Source: an uncultured Candidatus Saccharibacteria bacterium (GTDB taxonomy: Bacteria > Patescibacteriota > Minisyncoccia > Phycocordibacterales > UBA918). Taken from it: DNA of 64,000 bases. The notes under the pieces were generated by a model, which saw only the letters and a program-made list of their open reading frames with translations, ran no database searches and had not been told where the DNA came from. The stretch is taken from the NCBI GenBank assembly GCA_964399295.1, contig CAYNQD010000001.1, positions 527,672-591,671 on the forward strand, read 5' to 3'. Of this stretch, positions 38,305 through 48,827 are shown piece by piece. The translations under genes and the position numbers were made by a program. How positions within the stretch are numbered: the first letter of the stretch is position 1; the number at the start of each line of letters is the position of its first letter.

Positions 38305-38790
38305 ACACTAATTCTAGCATGTTCTAATATTTTACTCTCGTATGAAACTTTTTGTATTCGTAGCTAAATCATGTATTAAGCACAAATATGCCCATACTTT
38401 TTTTGGGGGAAATTTTCTTTAAATCCCCTTTGGGCTATCCTGTCAAATCTATTGCTTTTACAGGAAAAAAGAGTAAAGTGTATGTATCTCATCTGCCTAG
38501 GTAGAAGGAGTCCGAGAACTTGCCCCTTACGGGGCTGTTTTTGATTTAGACTTTTGGCTTCGCACCGTATTTCTTATATTCTCTATTATCTAGCACGGCG
38601 TCTAGTGAATCCTTGAGATTTAGATTCTTGGTATTTGGCAACTGAGGCACAGTGACTTCATACCCTCGTTGTTCTAGATTATATTTAATATAAGGAATCC
38701 AGTATGACTCTGATTACTACCTGTTCCGTGAAAAATGATTGCTCTCATGTGTTTGATTATAACTTTTCTGATTGAAATAAAAAATCCAAA

Positions 38791-40296
38791 CTACCACCGA
38801 CTCACGCCGCTGAATTCCGCCAAACGATAGGAAAAATTACGCCACCAGCTGGTATCCTCGTACTTTTGGTAATCGGTAGAATAGTAGCGATTTTGTTCCG
38901 GTTCATTTTGCCAGTTGGCATTGAAAAAATAATCCAGGTCGGCAAAAATAGCGGCTTCGGGGTGGCCAGTGATGGCGAGGTTGGTTTCTAGGTTGAAGTT
39001 ATCAAGATTGCGCTTGGTGAGATTGGCAGAACCTTGTATCGCCACCGTGCGGTCGGCGGTTTTTATCAGCACCAGCTTGCTGTGACACTGTTCACCATGA
39101 GTGTCGCACCAGCGAACGGTAGTGTTGCCGGAGGTATTTGTCAGCAACTCATGCGCGACCGAGCGATTGGGCTTGCCATCTTTCTCGCGACCAAAGGCAT
39201 CTTTATTGGGATCGAGCAGTAGGCGGATTTTCGCGCCGCGGTCGTCGGCTCTTTTCAAAGCTTCAATTACCGTGCGGTCGGATAGGTAAAACATAGCCAA
39301 GTCAATTTGCGCGCCGGTGGTGGCGGCATCTATCTCAGCGACAATTCGTCTTTCAATGGCGTTTTCGGTTAGGAGCTGGACTTGCAGGGTGGTGGTGGCC
39401 GAATTTTCCGGCGGCAGAGCGGCCGCCCACGCGGCCTGCGATTGCGTAGCCGCGGCTAACAAATCCTCTGCTGGCCACAAAAACTCGCCGCCAGAAAATT
39501 CGGCCACTTTCGATTCGGTCTCCAAAACATCCCGCCATAAGCCAAGGTCCTCACGAATGGCGATATTGCTGTGCGCGCTGGAACCATCGTGCGGATTGGC
39601 GGAAGTCACCAGAGTTGAAAAACCAATCTGTTCCCCGCTCTGATAATCAGCCAAAATAATTTTACGATGATTGGCTTTATAATTAAGCGTGGCCAGATAA
39701 GTCCGTAAGCCAAGTTTTTGTTTGCGCGAATCCAGGATATTTGGCAAGTAACCCTCATCAGAACTATTACCAAAAGCTGAGAAAAAAGTACGCCAAACCG
39801 AACTATAAATCGGATTGCTGTCACGCAAAGCCGATAAATCGGTAATAAAGACAGGAATCCCCGCCACGCGCAAACGAGACAAATGCTCCGGCTCATAACC
39901 ACCATAGACAGTATTGATAGGATCGGTAATGACTTGGATAACAATATTAGGCGAGTCAATCTTTTTCTGTACCAAGGCCGTGGTCAGCTCATCAGACAAT
40001 TGCCGATAAGAAGAAGTCGCCGCGCCTAAAAAGTCGCTATAGAAAAACATATCAACCAAAATATACCGCTCAGCGTCCGCTATCATTCGCATGATCTCGT
40101 CAAAAATCTGCTGGTCAAAGTGACGTTCGCCGGTCGAGTCGGTGTAGGTCAAGTCGCGAAAAAAATGTATGGATTCGGCCGGCACGACATAATCAGCGCT
40201 TTGATAATCAAGACCAGCCGGCAGTTTTTTATGCGCGTGAAAGACGCCATTGATGGCAACAATCAGAAATAAAATTATAAATAATCTTCTAAACAT
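38791..40296 (-). CDS. Secreted phospholipase D-family protein (two HKD motifs; cardiolipin synthase/PLD-like)
   Basis: There is a signal peptide. The HKD motifs are HRKIILADYQSGE...S and HSKLVLIKTADRTVAIQGSANLTKRN (HxKx4Dx6GSxN). Confidence 0.65.
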   Translation of the reverse strand: MFRRLFIILFLIVAINGVFHAHKKLPAGLDYQSADYVVPAESIHFFRDLTYTDSTGERHFDQQIFDEIMRMIADAERYILVDMFFYSDFLGAATSSYRQLSDELTTALVQKKIDSPNIVIQVITDPINTVYGGYEPEHLSRLRVAGIPVFITDLSALRDSNPIYSSVWRTFFSAFGNSSDEGYLPNILDSRKQKLGLRTYLATLNYKANHRKIILADYQSGEQIGFSTLVTSANPHDGSSAHSNIAIREDLGLWRDVLETESKVAEFSGGEFLWPAEDLLAAATQSQAAWAAALPPENSATTTLQVQLLTENAIERRIVAEIDAATTGAQIDLAMFYLSDRTVIEALKRADDRGAKIRLLLDPNKDAFGREKDGKPNRSVAHELLTNTSGNTTVRWCDTHGEQCHSKLVLIKTADRTVAIQGSANLTKRNLDNFNLETNLAITGHPEAAIFADLDYFFNANWQNEPEQNRYYSTDYQKYEDTSWWRNFSYRLAEFSGVSRW

Positions 40297-40301
40297 ATTT
40301 A

Positions 40302-41381
40302 CTAACTTTTGGATAATTGCTTGTGATATTTTTCTTCAAACATCGCCCACAACGATAAAAAGAAAGCGGCAATAATCGGACCGACCACCAGCCCAGAGAT
40401 ACCAAACGAAGTAATACCGCCGATAGTAGCCAAAAGAATAATCGGGTCCGGTATCTGAGCATTGCGACCAACTAAAATCGGCCTTAAAAATTCATCCACC
40501 AAACTCACGAGCAGCGCGCCCGTAGCCAAAATCATCACCCCCTGCCAAATAGAGCCGGTAGCAATCAAAATAACCCCGACCGGCCCCCACACCAAAAACG
40601 GCCCGACAGCGGGAATGATGGACAAAATACCCATCACCACTCCCCACAAAACCGGCGCCGACACTCCAGCGATAAAAAAGACCAGCCCGCCAATCGCTCC
40701 CTGTATGACCGCGATGGTAAAAGTACCCTTGACCACCGCCCGCGTCGTACCAGCAAAACGTGCAAACAAACGATCTTCCTTTTCTTCACCCAAGGGTAGG
40801 TAGCGCTTAAGCTTATTCTTTATCAACACACCGTCACGCAGCAGAAAAAATAATAAGTAAAGTGTTATGACGGTATAGACAATAAGCGAAAAAGTTATTT
40901 GTCCAAAAGTAATGAAAGAAGAAGCCAGTGCCTGCGACACATTCACTACGCCCGAGCGCAATCGTTCTTCTATCGCGTCTGGCGAAACCCCAAATATTTC
41001 CAAACCAGACAAGAGCTCACTGGCTTGATTGACTAAATTTTGACTGTTTTCCAGATGATTGCCATTGGTTAGACTTTTGTAAACACCAACGGATTCTTGC
41101 ACCACCAAACTACCCACCAAAACTGTCGGCACCACCACAATCAAAACAATGGCGAGAATGGTAGTAAGCGAAGCCAAGCTACTACGCCCGCGAAAAAGCT
41201 TAGCAAAACGCTGATAGAGCGGGAAAAAAATAATCGCAAACACAATCGCCCAGAAAAGCGGAAGCAGGTACTTGCCAATCATCACCAGAAATATAAAAGT
41301 AGTGGCAATCAGCAGTCCTAAAAATACAGATTGTTGAATAATACTAAACCTCATGGAATTTAGTATAGCAGACAAATCCAA
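40302..41381 (-). CDS. AI-2E family transporter (PerM/YhhT-like permease)
   Basis: 359 aa and polytopic. The N-terminal LLIATTFIFLVMIGKYLLPLFWAIVFAIIFFPLYQRF and the C-terminal GGITSFGISGLVVGPIIAAFFLSLW fit the family. Confidence 0.65.
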   Translation of the reverse strand: MDLSAILNSMRFSIIQQSVFLGLLIATTFIFLVMIGKYLLPLFWAIVFAIIFFPLYQRFAKLFRGRSSLASLTTILAIVLIVVVPTVLVGSLVVQESVGVYKSLTNGNHLENSQNLVNQASELLSGLEIFGVSPDAIEERLRSGVVNVSQALASSFITFGQITFSLIVYTVITLYLLFFLLRDGVLIKNKLKRYLPLGEEKEDRLFARFAGTTRAVVKGTFTIAVIQGAIGGLVFFIAGVSAPVLWGVVMGILSIIPAVGPFLVWGPVGVILIATGSIWQGVMILATGALLVSLVDEFLRPILVGRNAQIPDPIILLATIGGITSFGISGLVVGPIIAAFFLSLWAMFEEKYHKQLSKS

Positions 41382-41386
41382 TCAAT

Positions 41387-42019
41387 TTAATCAAATAAAA
41401 CAGATTTCATCACCTCCTTGAAAGCCACGTTCAGCAAATCCCCTTCTGCTAGGTACTGCCCAACAAACAAGTACATTAAGTCACCATATTTTACGACGTA
41501 AACATCCTGAAGATAAAGCCCGTCGGCACTATAGCTGATAGCCTGAATACCATCAACCAAGGTATCCACCACCGGAGTACGCGCCAAAGCCAAACTGGTT
41601 AGAGGATTATTTTCTGCCCATTGTTTTATTTTTTCGATTTCAAGCGTAGAGTCTTCCGTCGCTTCGTCGCCAGCCACCCGCTCAAAAACCAAAACCGTAA
41701 TCGCGGGTGGGGTTTCACTTTCTTCTGAAGTAACGTAGTAGTCATTAAGGGCTTTTGTTTCCATCAGCACGTACATCCGCAATAATCCCTGATCGTTTGT
41801 TTCTTCCAAGGGCGACTCAATCGAACTCAAAGCGCTCTCTCCGCTTTTGTAGGCAAAAGAAAACTTTAAGTCGCTGTTGTAAATACGCTCAACCACATCC
41901 GTCACCACCATGCGATCTTTGGCTTGCGGGCCAAACAGATAATAACCAGCTCCCACTAACCCCGCCACCACTAAGGCCAAGGCCGCTAGTGTTATTTTTT
42001 TAAAATTACTCATGCTCAT
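41387..42019 (-). CDS. Membrane-anchored hypothetical protein
   Basis: 210 aa with a single N-terminal TM helix. Confidence 0.4.
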   Translation of the reverse strand: MSMSNFKKITLAALALVVAGLVGAGYYLFGPQAKDRMVVTDVVERIYNSDLKFSFAYKSGESALSSIESPLEETNDQGLLRMYVLMETKALNDYYVTSEESETPPAITVLVFERVAGDEATEDSTLEIEKIKQWAENNPLTSLALARTPVVDTLVDGIQAISYSADGLYLQDVYVVKYGDLMYLFVGQYLAEGDLLNVAFKEVMKSVLFD

Positions 42020-42113
42020 ATTTTACCCTGATTTTAGAAATAATGAAAACAAATTAAGATTTTAGAAATTTTGAGGTACACATCATTGCGTAAATGAGAT
42101 ATAATTAAGGGAT

Positions 42114-42494
42114 ATGCAAAAGACTATTCTCATAATAGAAGACTCGGTTGATTTGGCTGAGTCACTGGAAGACATGCTGAGACTTAAAGGCTACCAGACC
42201 CTAAAGGCAGTTGATGGAAAAACCGGACTGGAGCTGGCTCTAACCACCCACCCGGATTTGATTTTACTAGACCTCAGATTGCCTGATATTGACGGACTGA
42301 AGATTTTGGAAGAAATTAGAAAAGACTCTTGGGGCAAAGCGGTTAAAATACTGATTTTGACCGCCTCCGACTTCACGGAAAAAACCGCCCCCGAACTAAA
42401 CATTACCGCTAAGGATATTATCTATAAATCTCACTGGGGAATAGAGGAATTGGCCAACCGCGTTGCCAGCGAAGTTTCTCCACGCGTGAGCTAA
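42114..42494 (+). CDS. Response regulator, receiver domain only (CheY-like)
   Basis: IEDS...DLILLDLRLPDIDGL...KILILTA has the phospho-acceptor Asp context. Confidence 0.75.
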   Translation: MQKTILIIEDSVDLAESLEDMLRLKGYQTLKAVDGKTGLELALTTHPDLILLDLRLPDIDGLKILEEIRKDSWGKAVKILILTASDFTEKTAPELNITAKDIIYKSHWGIEELANRVASEVSPRVS

Positions 42495-42496
42495 AC

Positions 42497-43798
42497 CTAA
42501 ATCACAATCGGAATCACAATCGTGAAAGTGGTGCCCACATCTTCCGTGGAAACAAAAGTGACACGACCTTTCAAAACCTGCACCGCTTTCTTAACAATAT
42601 AAAGACCAAGACCGGTACCATCGGGCACTTCTTTGGCGGCATTGCTGGCTCTGAAAATTTTGGTAAAAATTCTTGACTGCTCGACAATCGGAATCCCCAT
42701 ACCCGTATCTCTGATATCAAATATCAAATCATCACCTTCCCGACGATAGGATATTTCAACTTCCCCATCCAGGCGAGAATACTTGAGAGCGTTGGAATAA
42801 ATATTGGTAATAATCATTCGGAGGAGATTTTGGTCGGACACGATTTCTTTCAAACTGTCGTCAAATTTCTTGTGGATTTTTAACTTCTTACTATTGGAAA
42901 CAATCACCTGTTCGCCAACAATGTCTTCTATCAGAGTTTGCAGATTTACGACTTCCGGTTGGATGGTTCTGGTTCCGAGGTCAAATCTGGACACCTGCAA
43001 AAAGTCGTCTATCAGATTACCCATGCGCTGAATGTTTGAGAGCAAGCGGCTGATGTAGCGTCTTTGCTGTTTGGTAAGCGAATCTGCGCCGTCCATCAAT
43101 AATAACTCCGCACTCCAACGCATGCCAGCAATCGGCGTGCGAAGCTGGTGCGAGGCCAAAGACACAAATTCTGATTTCGCGACATCGACTTCTTTTTGTT
43201 TAGTGATATCAAGCAGAGTCACCAAGCTAACCTTTTCTCCCTTATCTCCCCTGAATTGAAAAATTGACATAGTAGCCCACACAATGCTGTTTGCGTGATT
43301 GATTTCAATTTCTTCATTGGCGATTGTCACTCCGTTGCGAAACTTTTCCTTCAGCAAAACTAGGTGCTCGGTTTTGTTTGTATCAATGCACGAAAAAAAT
43401 GAATTGCCGTTTAGTCTTATGGCCGATCGCCCCAAAAGTCTGGCGGCGGAAGTGTTTGAAGAAATAATAAAACCGTCTTTGTCCAAAATCAGGTAAGCGA
43501 CCAAGCTATTGCTATAAACTTCTGAAAATAACTTTTGTGAAGAGTCAGACAAAATACTCAAAGACCTTTTTTCGCTGCGACTTTGGCTTTGCCCGTCTTC
43601 ATTAGCCACGTGGTAAATGGTTTTTGCTACCAGCACTATCGCCGTCAAGGCTAAAATAAAAGATAATATGCCTAAATTTGTTTTTGAAAAATCATAAAAC
43701 AAAACCAAAGCCGCCAGCATGGCCACCAAAACCAAAAACACAAACACGGACTGTGTCATGGCCAGAAATGAATCTTTACTGTCGTTTAGCTGAGACAT
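42497..43798 (-). CDS. Sensor histidine kinase (TM, PAS-like and HisKA-HATPase_c domains)
   Basis: The H-box is ASHQLRTPIAGM. G-boxes are DTGMGIP and GTGLGLYIVKKAV. It is convergent and adjacent to the receiver gene. Confidence 0.8.
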   Translation of the reverse strand: MSQLNDSKDSFLAMTQSVFVFLVLVAMLAALVLFYDFSKTNLGILSFILALTAIVLVAKTIYHVANEDGQSQSRSEKRSLSILSDSSQKLFSEVYSNSLVAYLILDKDGFIISSNTSAARLLGRSAIRLNGNSFFSCIDTNKTEHLVLLKEKFRNGVTIANEEIEINHANSIVWATMSIFQFRGDKGEKVSLVTLLDITKQKEVDVAKSEFVSLASHQLRTPIAGMRWSAELLLMDGADSLTKQQRRYISRLLSNIQRMGNLIDDFLQVSRFDLGTRTIQPEVVNLQTLIEDIVGEQVIVSNSKKLKIHKKFDDSLKEIVSDQNLLRMIITNIYSNALKYSRLDGEVEISYRREGDDLIFDIRDTGMGIPIVEQSRIFTKIFRASNAAKEVPDGTGLGLYIVKKAVQVLKGRVTFVSTEDVGTTFTIVIPIVI

Positions 43799-43827
43799 AA
43801 TTAAAACTTTTGTATCATCATAGTATA

Positions 43828-45009
43828 TTACACAACTTGGCTTATTTTTAATATTTCACCCGCTTCATCAGCCTTAATCACAGCCACTTTCACCTCAGCC
43901 CCAGACAAACTTATCATTCCGTCCTTACTAACGCACAAGTCATTTTTTTCGGAATCAATTTTTATGCCCAGACCATTTAATTCATCGGTGATTAAGGAGC
44001 GTAGGACAGGGCTTCTCTCCGCGGCAGTGGCGGTAAAAACCAACAAGTCCAAACCACCCATGATTGCCATATACCCGCCAATCTTTTTTTGGATTTGGTA
44101 AACAAAACTACTGATAGCTTTTTTTGCTTTGGCGTCACCGCCCATTTGCCTTTCCAGCAAGATACGTAAATCAATTTCTCCAGTCAGCCCAAACAGGCCG
44201 CCTTGGGTTTGGATATAGGTATTGGCGTCAATTGGCTTGAGGTTTTTAATTTGCATCAGCCTCAGCAAAGCGCCGGTGTCCACATCTCCGGCTCGACTGC
44301 CCATAATCAGTCCGCTGCTAGGACCATAGCCCATGGAAGTATCAAAACATTTACCATCTTTGATAGCTGTTACGCTAACTCCGCTGCCAATATGACAAAC
44401 AACCACCCGAGCTGGCTCCTGCCCCGTCACGGCATGAATTCGCCTTATCACCGAAGCCGTAGCCAAGCCATGATAGCCAAACCTCAGAATTTCATGTTTG
44501 GAAACATCTTCCTTAGGCAATGAATATTCTCTGATGTAATCCGGCATCGTAATATGAAAAGCACTGTCTGAAGCACCGATCAGCCGCGCTTGCGGTAAAA
44601 TTTCCTTCACAAAAATAATCTCTTTCAGCAAATGAGGTATTCTAAGAGGAGCAGCGGCTTCTGCTTGTTGCAATTTTTTTATGTATTCATCCGTAATCTC
44701 GCTATGAGCTTGAAAAAACGTGCCCGGGGCCACCACCCTAAAAGCTACAGTCCCAATCTCCGCCAATCCATTTATAATACCCAACCCCTCAGCATACTCT
44801 AAAAAATCACGCAGACTTTCTTGAAAGCGATGGCGATTTATGGATTGTCTGGATTGCTGTATTCCTTTTAAAAAAATACAGAGATTAAATCCCTCACCGT
44901 CACTGCCCACGTAAGCGCTAATCAATAGCACATCATCTTTATATAAAAAGAATTTTTTTGAAGAACTGCCAGGATTTATTATTAGGGTGATGCCCATGTC
45001 TGGATTCAT
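43828..45009 (-). CDS. ackA: Acetate kinase
   Basis: VVCHIGSGVSVTAIKDGKCFDTSMGYGPSSGLIMGSRAGDVD matches the acetokinase signature-2 region. There is an N-terminal ASKHG-fold glycine loop. Confidence 0.8.
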   Translation of the reverse strand: MNPDMGITLIINPGSSSKKFFLYKDDVLLISAYVGSDGEGFNLCIFLKGIQQSRQSINRHRFQESLRDFLEYAEGLGIINGLAEIGTVAFRVVAPGTFFQAHSEITDEYIKKLQQAEAAAPLRIPHLLKEIIFVKEILPQARLIGASDSAFHITMPDYIREYSLPKEDVSKHEILRFGYHGLATASVIRRIHAVTGQEPARVVVCHIGSGVSVTAIKDGKCFDTSMGYGPSSGLIMGSRAGDVDTGALLRLMQIKNLKPIDANTYIQTQGGLFGLTGEIDLRILLERQMGGDAKAKKAISSFVYQIQKKIGGYMAIMGGLDLLVFTATAAERSPVLRSLITDELNGLGIKIDSEKNDLCVSKDGMISLSGAEVKVAVIKADEAGEILKISQVV

Positions 45010-45126
45010 GTTATATAAGTTATGATAACAAATAATTGGGCTGATAAAACTATTTTTTATACACGACTTAAAAATCTGGTCGTTCTCTACTTTATGATAG
45101 AATTACTTTCTTGTTATTTACGAAAT

Positions 45127-45528
45127 ATGAAAAACGAAAAGGTTAAGACTAAGAAAAGTAAAAGCGGATTTGGTTTATTCGCCAATCATGATTTTAAAAA
45201 AGGAGAATTGATTATCGAATACACTGGCGAAAAAATTACTGAAGCGGAAGCCAATCGTCGCGGTGGGAAATATTTGTTTGAATTAAATGATGAGTGGACG
45301 ATAGACGGAAAAGGAAGAGACAATCTAGCCAGATACATCAACCACGCCTGCAAACCAAATTGTTATCCGGAATTGGATAAAAAAGAAGAGCATATTTATA
45401 TTTATGCGAAAAGAAATATCAAAGCCGAAGAAGAACTCACTTACGATTACGGCAAAGTGTACTTTGACGACTTGATCGGTAAGGATAATTGTCGCTGTTC
45501 TAGCTGCGAAAAGCAAAGGGACGAGTAG
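45127..45528 (+). CDS. SET-domain protein (putative protein-lysine methyltransferase)
   Basis: GFGLFA...IIEYTGE...RYINHACKPNC...EELTYDYG shows the SET motifs (GxG, NHxCxPN, ELxxDY). The C-terminal CRCSSCEK resembles a post-SET Cys cluster. The start is placed at MKNEKVK. Confidence 0.7.
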   Translation: MKNEKVKTKKSKSGFGLFANHDFKKGELIIEYTGEKITEAEANRRGGKYLFELNDEWTIDGKGRDNLARYINHACKPNCYPELDKKEEHIYIYAKRNIKAEEELTYDYGKVYFDDLIGKDNCRCSSCEKQRDE

Positions 45529-45682
45529 ACGATATCGAGGTAGAAGTAGTTGCTTATTAGTATTTATATGGTAAATTTTTGTTACCAATAAATAATTACC
45601 TGAAGTTGGTGTTGTCCGCGCAAAGCAGTTTGCCAGCACAACTCACAAAAAGACCGTTTATTATTAAATAAGTCAAAATTTC

Positions 45683-46348
45683 TTGTCAAAACAATATACA
45701 ATCCAGAAGCAAATAAAGACTCGTATCAACCACGCCATTAGGGCTGAAGCCTTGCGAGTAATCGGGCCGGAGGGGGAAAATTTGGGTTTGCTCAGCGTGC
45801 CGGAAGCTTTAAAAATAGCCGAAGCCAACAACCTGGATTTAATCGAAATCTCACCCAACGCCAATCCGCCGGTAGCCAAGATCATGGACTACGGCAAGTA
45901 CCGCTACCAGACCGGCCGCAAAGCGCGGGAAGTAAAAGCTAAGTCCCATGTCACCGAAACCAAGAGTGTGCAGGTAAAAATCGGCACCGGCGAACACGAC
46001 CAACAGCTAAAAGCCAGCCGAGCGGCTGATTGGCTAGAAGAGGGTCATCGCGTCAAAATCGACCTCTTTCTCTGGGGACGATACAAATATATGGACGAAA
46101 CCTTCCTCAAAGAGCGTTTAGACCGCTTTATGAAGATTATTCCCACTGAATACAAAGTAGCCGACGACATCAAGCGCAGCCCAAAAGGGTTTACTATCAC
46201 GATAGAAAGGGTATCCGCGCAAAAAGCCAGTGTTCCCAAAGTCATAGTCAAAACCGAAGAAAAGAAACCAGCCGTAAAAGAAAAACAGACCGGTATAAAA
46301 TCCAAGAAAAAGAGTCTGGACGACTTACTGGACTCAGGCATGATTTAA
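45683..46348 (+). CDS. infC: Translation initiation factor IF-3, with a Lys-rich C-terminal extension
   Basis: RVIGPEGENLGLLSVPEALKIAEANNLDLIEISPNANPPVAKIMDYGKYRYQ matches IF-3. The ORF track start is a TTG, and IF-3 commonly uses a non-AUG start, so the exact start is uncertain. Confidence 0.8.
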   Translation: MSKQYTIQKQIKTRINHAIRAEALRVIGPEGENLGLLSVPEALKIAEANNLDLIEISPNANPPVAKIMDYGKYRYQTGRKAREVKAKSHVTETKSVQVKIGTGEHDQQLKASRAADWLEEGHRVKIDLFLWGRYKYMDETFLKERLDRFMKIIPTEYKVADDIKRSPKGFTITIERVSAQKASVPKVIVKTEEKKPAVKEKQTGIKSKKKSLDDLLDSGMI

Positions 46349-46423
46349 TGGCCAAAATCTTTGACAGCCAAGCTCGTTTACGCTATAGTTGCGGGACTTC
46401 AGCTCCAGAGCAAGTAAATAATT

Positions 46424-46615
46424 ATGAAGACAAATAAATCATTCACGAAAAGAATAAAGGTCACTAAGAACGGTAAGCTCGTGGCTCGCAAGCCTGGCCA
46501 GAACCACTTCAACGCTCGCCAGACCGGTCAACAAAGACTACGTCGCAAGCGAACCCAGACCCTTACCCTTAGCAAGCGCATTACTCGTCGTTTTCTACCT
46601 GGAACAGGCGCGTAA
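46424..46615 (+). CDS. rpmI: 50S ribosomal protein L35
   Basis: MKTNKSFTKRIKVTKNGKLVARKPGQNHF... is the classic L35. Confidence 0.9.
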   Translation: MKTNKSFTKRIKVTKNGKLVARKPGQNHFNARQTGQQRLRRKRTQTLTLSKRITRRFLPGTGA

Positions 46616-46645
46616 TTCTTTTTTAATAGTAATTAAGCAAACAAT

Positions 46646-46990
46646 ATGGCAAGAGTAAAAGGTGGCCTAATGGCCCAAAAAAGACGACGTAATATCCTTG
46701 ATGAAGTTAAGGGTTATCGTCTGCAAAGATCAAAGAAGAAGCGCGTGGCTCGCGAGGCTATCTATCATGCCCAGTTGCACGCTTTTGCTCACCGCAAGGA
46801 CAAGAAAAATGATTTTCGACGCTTGTGGACAGTTCGTATCAACGCCGCTTTGATGGCTTTTGGTCTTAAGTACAGCCGTTTCATCAAAACCCTGAAAGAC
46901 AAAAACATCGAAGTTGACCGCAAGATTTTAGCTACTTTAGCTAAAGATCGACCGGAAGCTTTCACCCGCTTGGTGGAAAGCGTGAAGTAA
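46646..46990 (+). CDS. rplT: 50S ribosomal protein L20
   Basis: MARVKGG...RRRNILDEVKGYRLQRSK...FRRLWTVRINAA matches L20. Confidence 0.9.
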   Translation: MARVKGGLMAQKRRRNILDEVKGYRLQRSKKKRVAREAIYHAQLHAFAHRKDKKNDFRRLWTVRINAALMAFGLKYSRFIKTLKDKNIEVDRKILATLAKDRPEAFTRLVESVK

Positions 46991-47003
46991 AAGTTTACAA
47001 AGC

Positions 47004-47044
47004 AAAAAAAAGCTGCGTGACCTTCGGTTGTGTAGCTTTTTTCG
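47004..47044 (+). terminator. Rho-independent terminator of the infC-rpmI-rplT operon
   Basis: AAAAGCTGCGTGACC-ttcg-GGTTGTGTAGCTTTT forms a stem with G-U pairs, a GNRA-like loop and a T-run. Confidence 0.6.
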
Positions 47045-47103
47045 TAACCGGCGGTTGATAACCAAGTTCTTAACAAGCCAAAGCTTCTAACACACATCAA
47101 TCC

Positions 47104-48465
47104 CTAAAACTCAATTATCACCTCCTGATTTAACTCCGGTACCAAAGCATCAAGTCCGAGGTAATCGTGTAGTCGCTGGGTGAGAAACAAGGAAGACCTT
47201 TCTTCTCCCATGGCGACAAACACTTGTTTGGCCTTGTCGCCACCATACGCCACCAGTTCCAAAAGCTGATCGCGATCAGCGTGGCCGGAATAACCTTGAA
47301 TCTGCGCGATTTTTGCTTTCACTTTCACTTTTTCTCCGTTTAGATTTAGGCTCTTGGCTCCATCTTGCAATAATCTGCCCACACTGCCAACTGACTGATA
47401 ACCAACCAAAAGCAGAGTGGTGGTCGGATCGTCAAGATACTCTCTTTCGTGTTTTAAAATCCGGCCGCCGTGACTCATTCCCGAGCCGGCGATAATTATT
47501 TTTGCCCCTTTAACTTTAGAAATGGCATCTGAATCGCGATTGGTTTCGGTAAACTTCAAGCCGGGAAAATCAAAAATATCATCTCCAGCCTTAATTTGAT
47601 TTTGAATTTCCGGCCGCAGATAGGAATTAAACTGGCGATAAATTTCCGTGACGGCGATGGCTAATGGTGAATCAAGAAAGACCGGCAACGGCTTGATTTC
47701 TCCCGCCTCGACCAAATTGTTAATTTCAAACAACATCGACTGTGTTCGCTCCAAGGAAAATGCCGGAATGATAAGCGTGCCGGCTTTGGCTGCCGTGTCT
47801 TCTATATAATACTTCAGTAGAGCGGTGCGTTCGGATACTTGCTCGTGCAACCTGTCACCATAGACACTCTCCATCACCAAATAATCATAATCTTTGGGTA
47901 TAATCGGTGCGCGCAAAAGCGGCTGCGGAACATTGCCCACATCGCCCGTGAAGACGATTTTTTTATCCCCGCGACGCAAATGCACCATACCCGAACCAAG
48001 GATATGTCCGGCATCGGTAAACCAAGCCTGAATATTGTCTTCCAAGCTTATTTCAACTTCATAATCAACTGTCTGCCACAAGGCCAAGCTTTTGTTTATA
48101 TCTTCTTCTTTGTATAAAACCTCGTGTCCGTAGCGCTTGGCTTCATATTGCATTACTTTCAAAGCATCTCTCATCATCACATTGGCCAATTCTTTGGTGG
48201 GCGTGGTGCTGTATATTTTGCCAGCAAAACCATCTCGGACTAATTTTGGAATCCTGCCGATATGATCGGCGTGAGCGTGAGTTACCAAAAGCACATCCAC
48301 TTCCGCCGGATTATAAACAAAAGGGGCGGCGTTTTTGCTCATGGCAAACTTATCTCCTTGCTCCAAGCCACAATCCACCAAAATCGCCACCTTCCCCGTA
48401 TCAAGCATAAAATTGGCTCCCGTCACCGAACCAACACCACCATAAAATCCTAGAGTTGAAGACAT
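47104..48465 (-). CDS. MBL-fold beta-CASP ribonuclease (RNase J / CPSF-like)
   Basis: VDVLLVTHAHADHIG is the HxHxDH motif. The length and later conserved D/H positions are consistent with the beta-CASP family. Confidence 0.65.
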   Translation of the reverse strand: MSSTLGFYGGVGSVTGANFMLDTGKVAILVDCGLEQGDKFAMSKNAAPFVYNPAEVDVLLVTHAHADHIGRIPKLVRDGFAGKIYSTTPTKELANVMMRDALKVMQYEAKRYGHEVLYKEEDINKSLALWQTVDYEVEISLEDNIQAWFTDAGHILGSGMVHLRRGDKKIVFTGDVGNVPQPLLRAPIIPKDYDYLVMESVYGDRLHEQVSERTALLKYYIEDTAAKAGTLIIPAFSLERTQSMLFEINNLVEAGEIKPLPVFLDSPLAIAVTEIYRQFNSYLRPEIQNQIKAGDDIFDFPGLKFTETNRDSDAISKVKGAKIIIAGSGMSHGGRILKHEREYLDDPTTTLLLVGYQSVGSVGRLLQDGAKSLNLNGEKVKVKAKIAQIQGYSGHADRDQLLELVAYGGDKAKQVFVAMGEERSSLFLTQRLHDYLGLDALVPELNQEVIIEF

Positions 48466-48761
48466 GAAATTTAAATTTTATCTACTCATTGTACGTGATT
48501 AAAACTACAAAAAAACCACTATCCACTGGTATGAAAAAACACCTCATTTAGAGGCGTGCTTTCAAGGGAACCACCACGTATGCTCCTAGAATCCCTAGGT
48601 GGGCACCATTTCTAGATAAGGTCTGAAATCTCTTGCGAGTTCTCATATTCATCTACGACTGCTGGCAACCCTGCATTTGTGTTTAATCGGAACATACGTT
48701 TTTTGTGGTTCCTCCCTAATTGTACTACCAAATGTTGATTCGGACAAATTCCGATTTGAGG

Positions 48762-48818
48762 GAAAAAAGAAAAAGAAAAGGCGGGCGCGAAGCGCCCGCC
48801 TTTTCTTTTTCTTTTTCT
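48762..48818. terminator. Bidirectional rho-independent terminator (downstream of ndk)
   Basis: The palindrome is GAAAAAGAAAAGGCGGGCGC-gaa-GCGCCCGCCTTTTCTTTTTC. The GC-rich stem is flanked by A-runs and T-runs on both sides. Confidence 0.7.
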
Positions 48819-48827
48819 TCCAAAAAC

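Noticed and set aside
48466-48760. The intergenic region as SRP RNA, RNase P RNA or 6S RNA
   Set aside because: I could not find the conserved SRP domain IV or RNase P P4 motifs on either strand by eye. It is left only as a possible structured 5' UTR.
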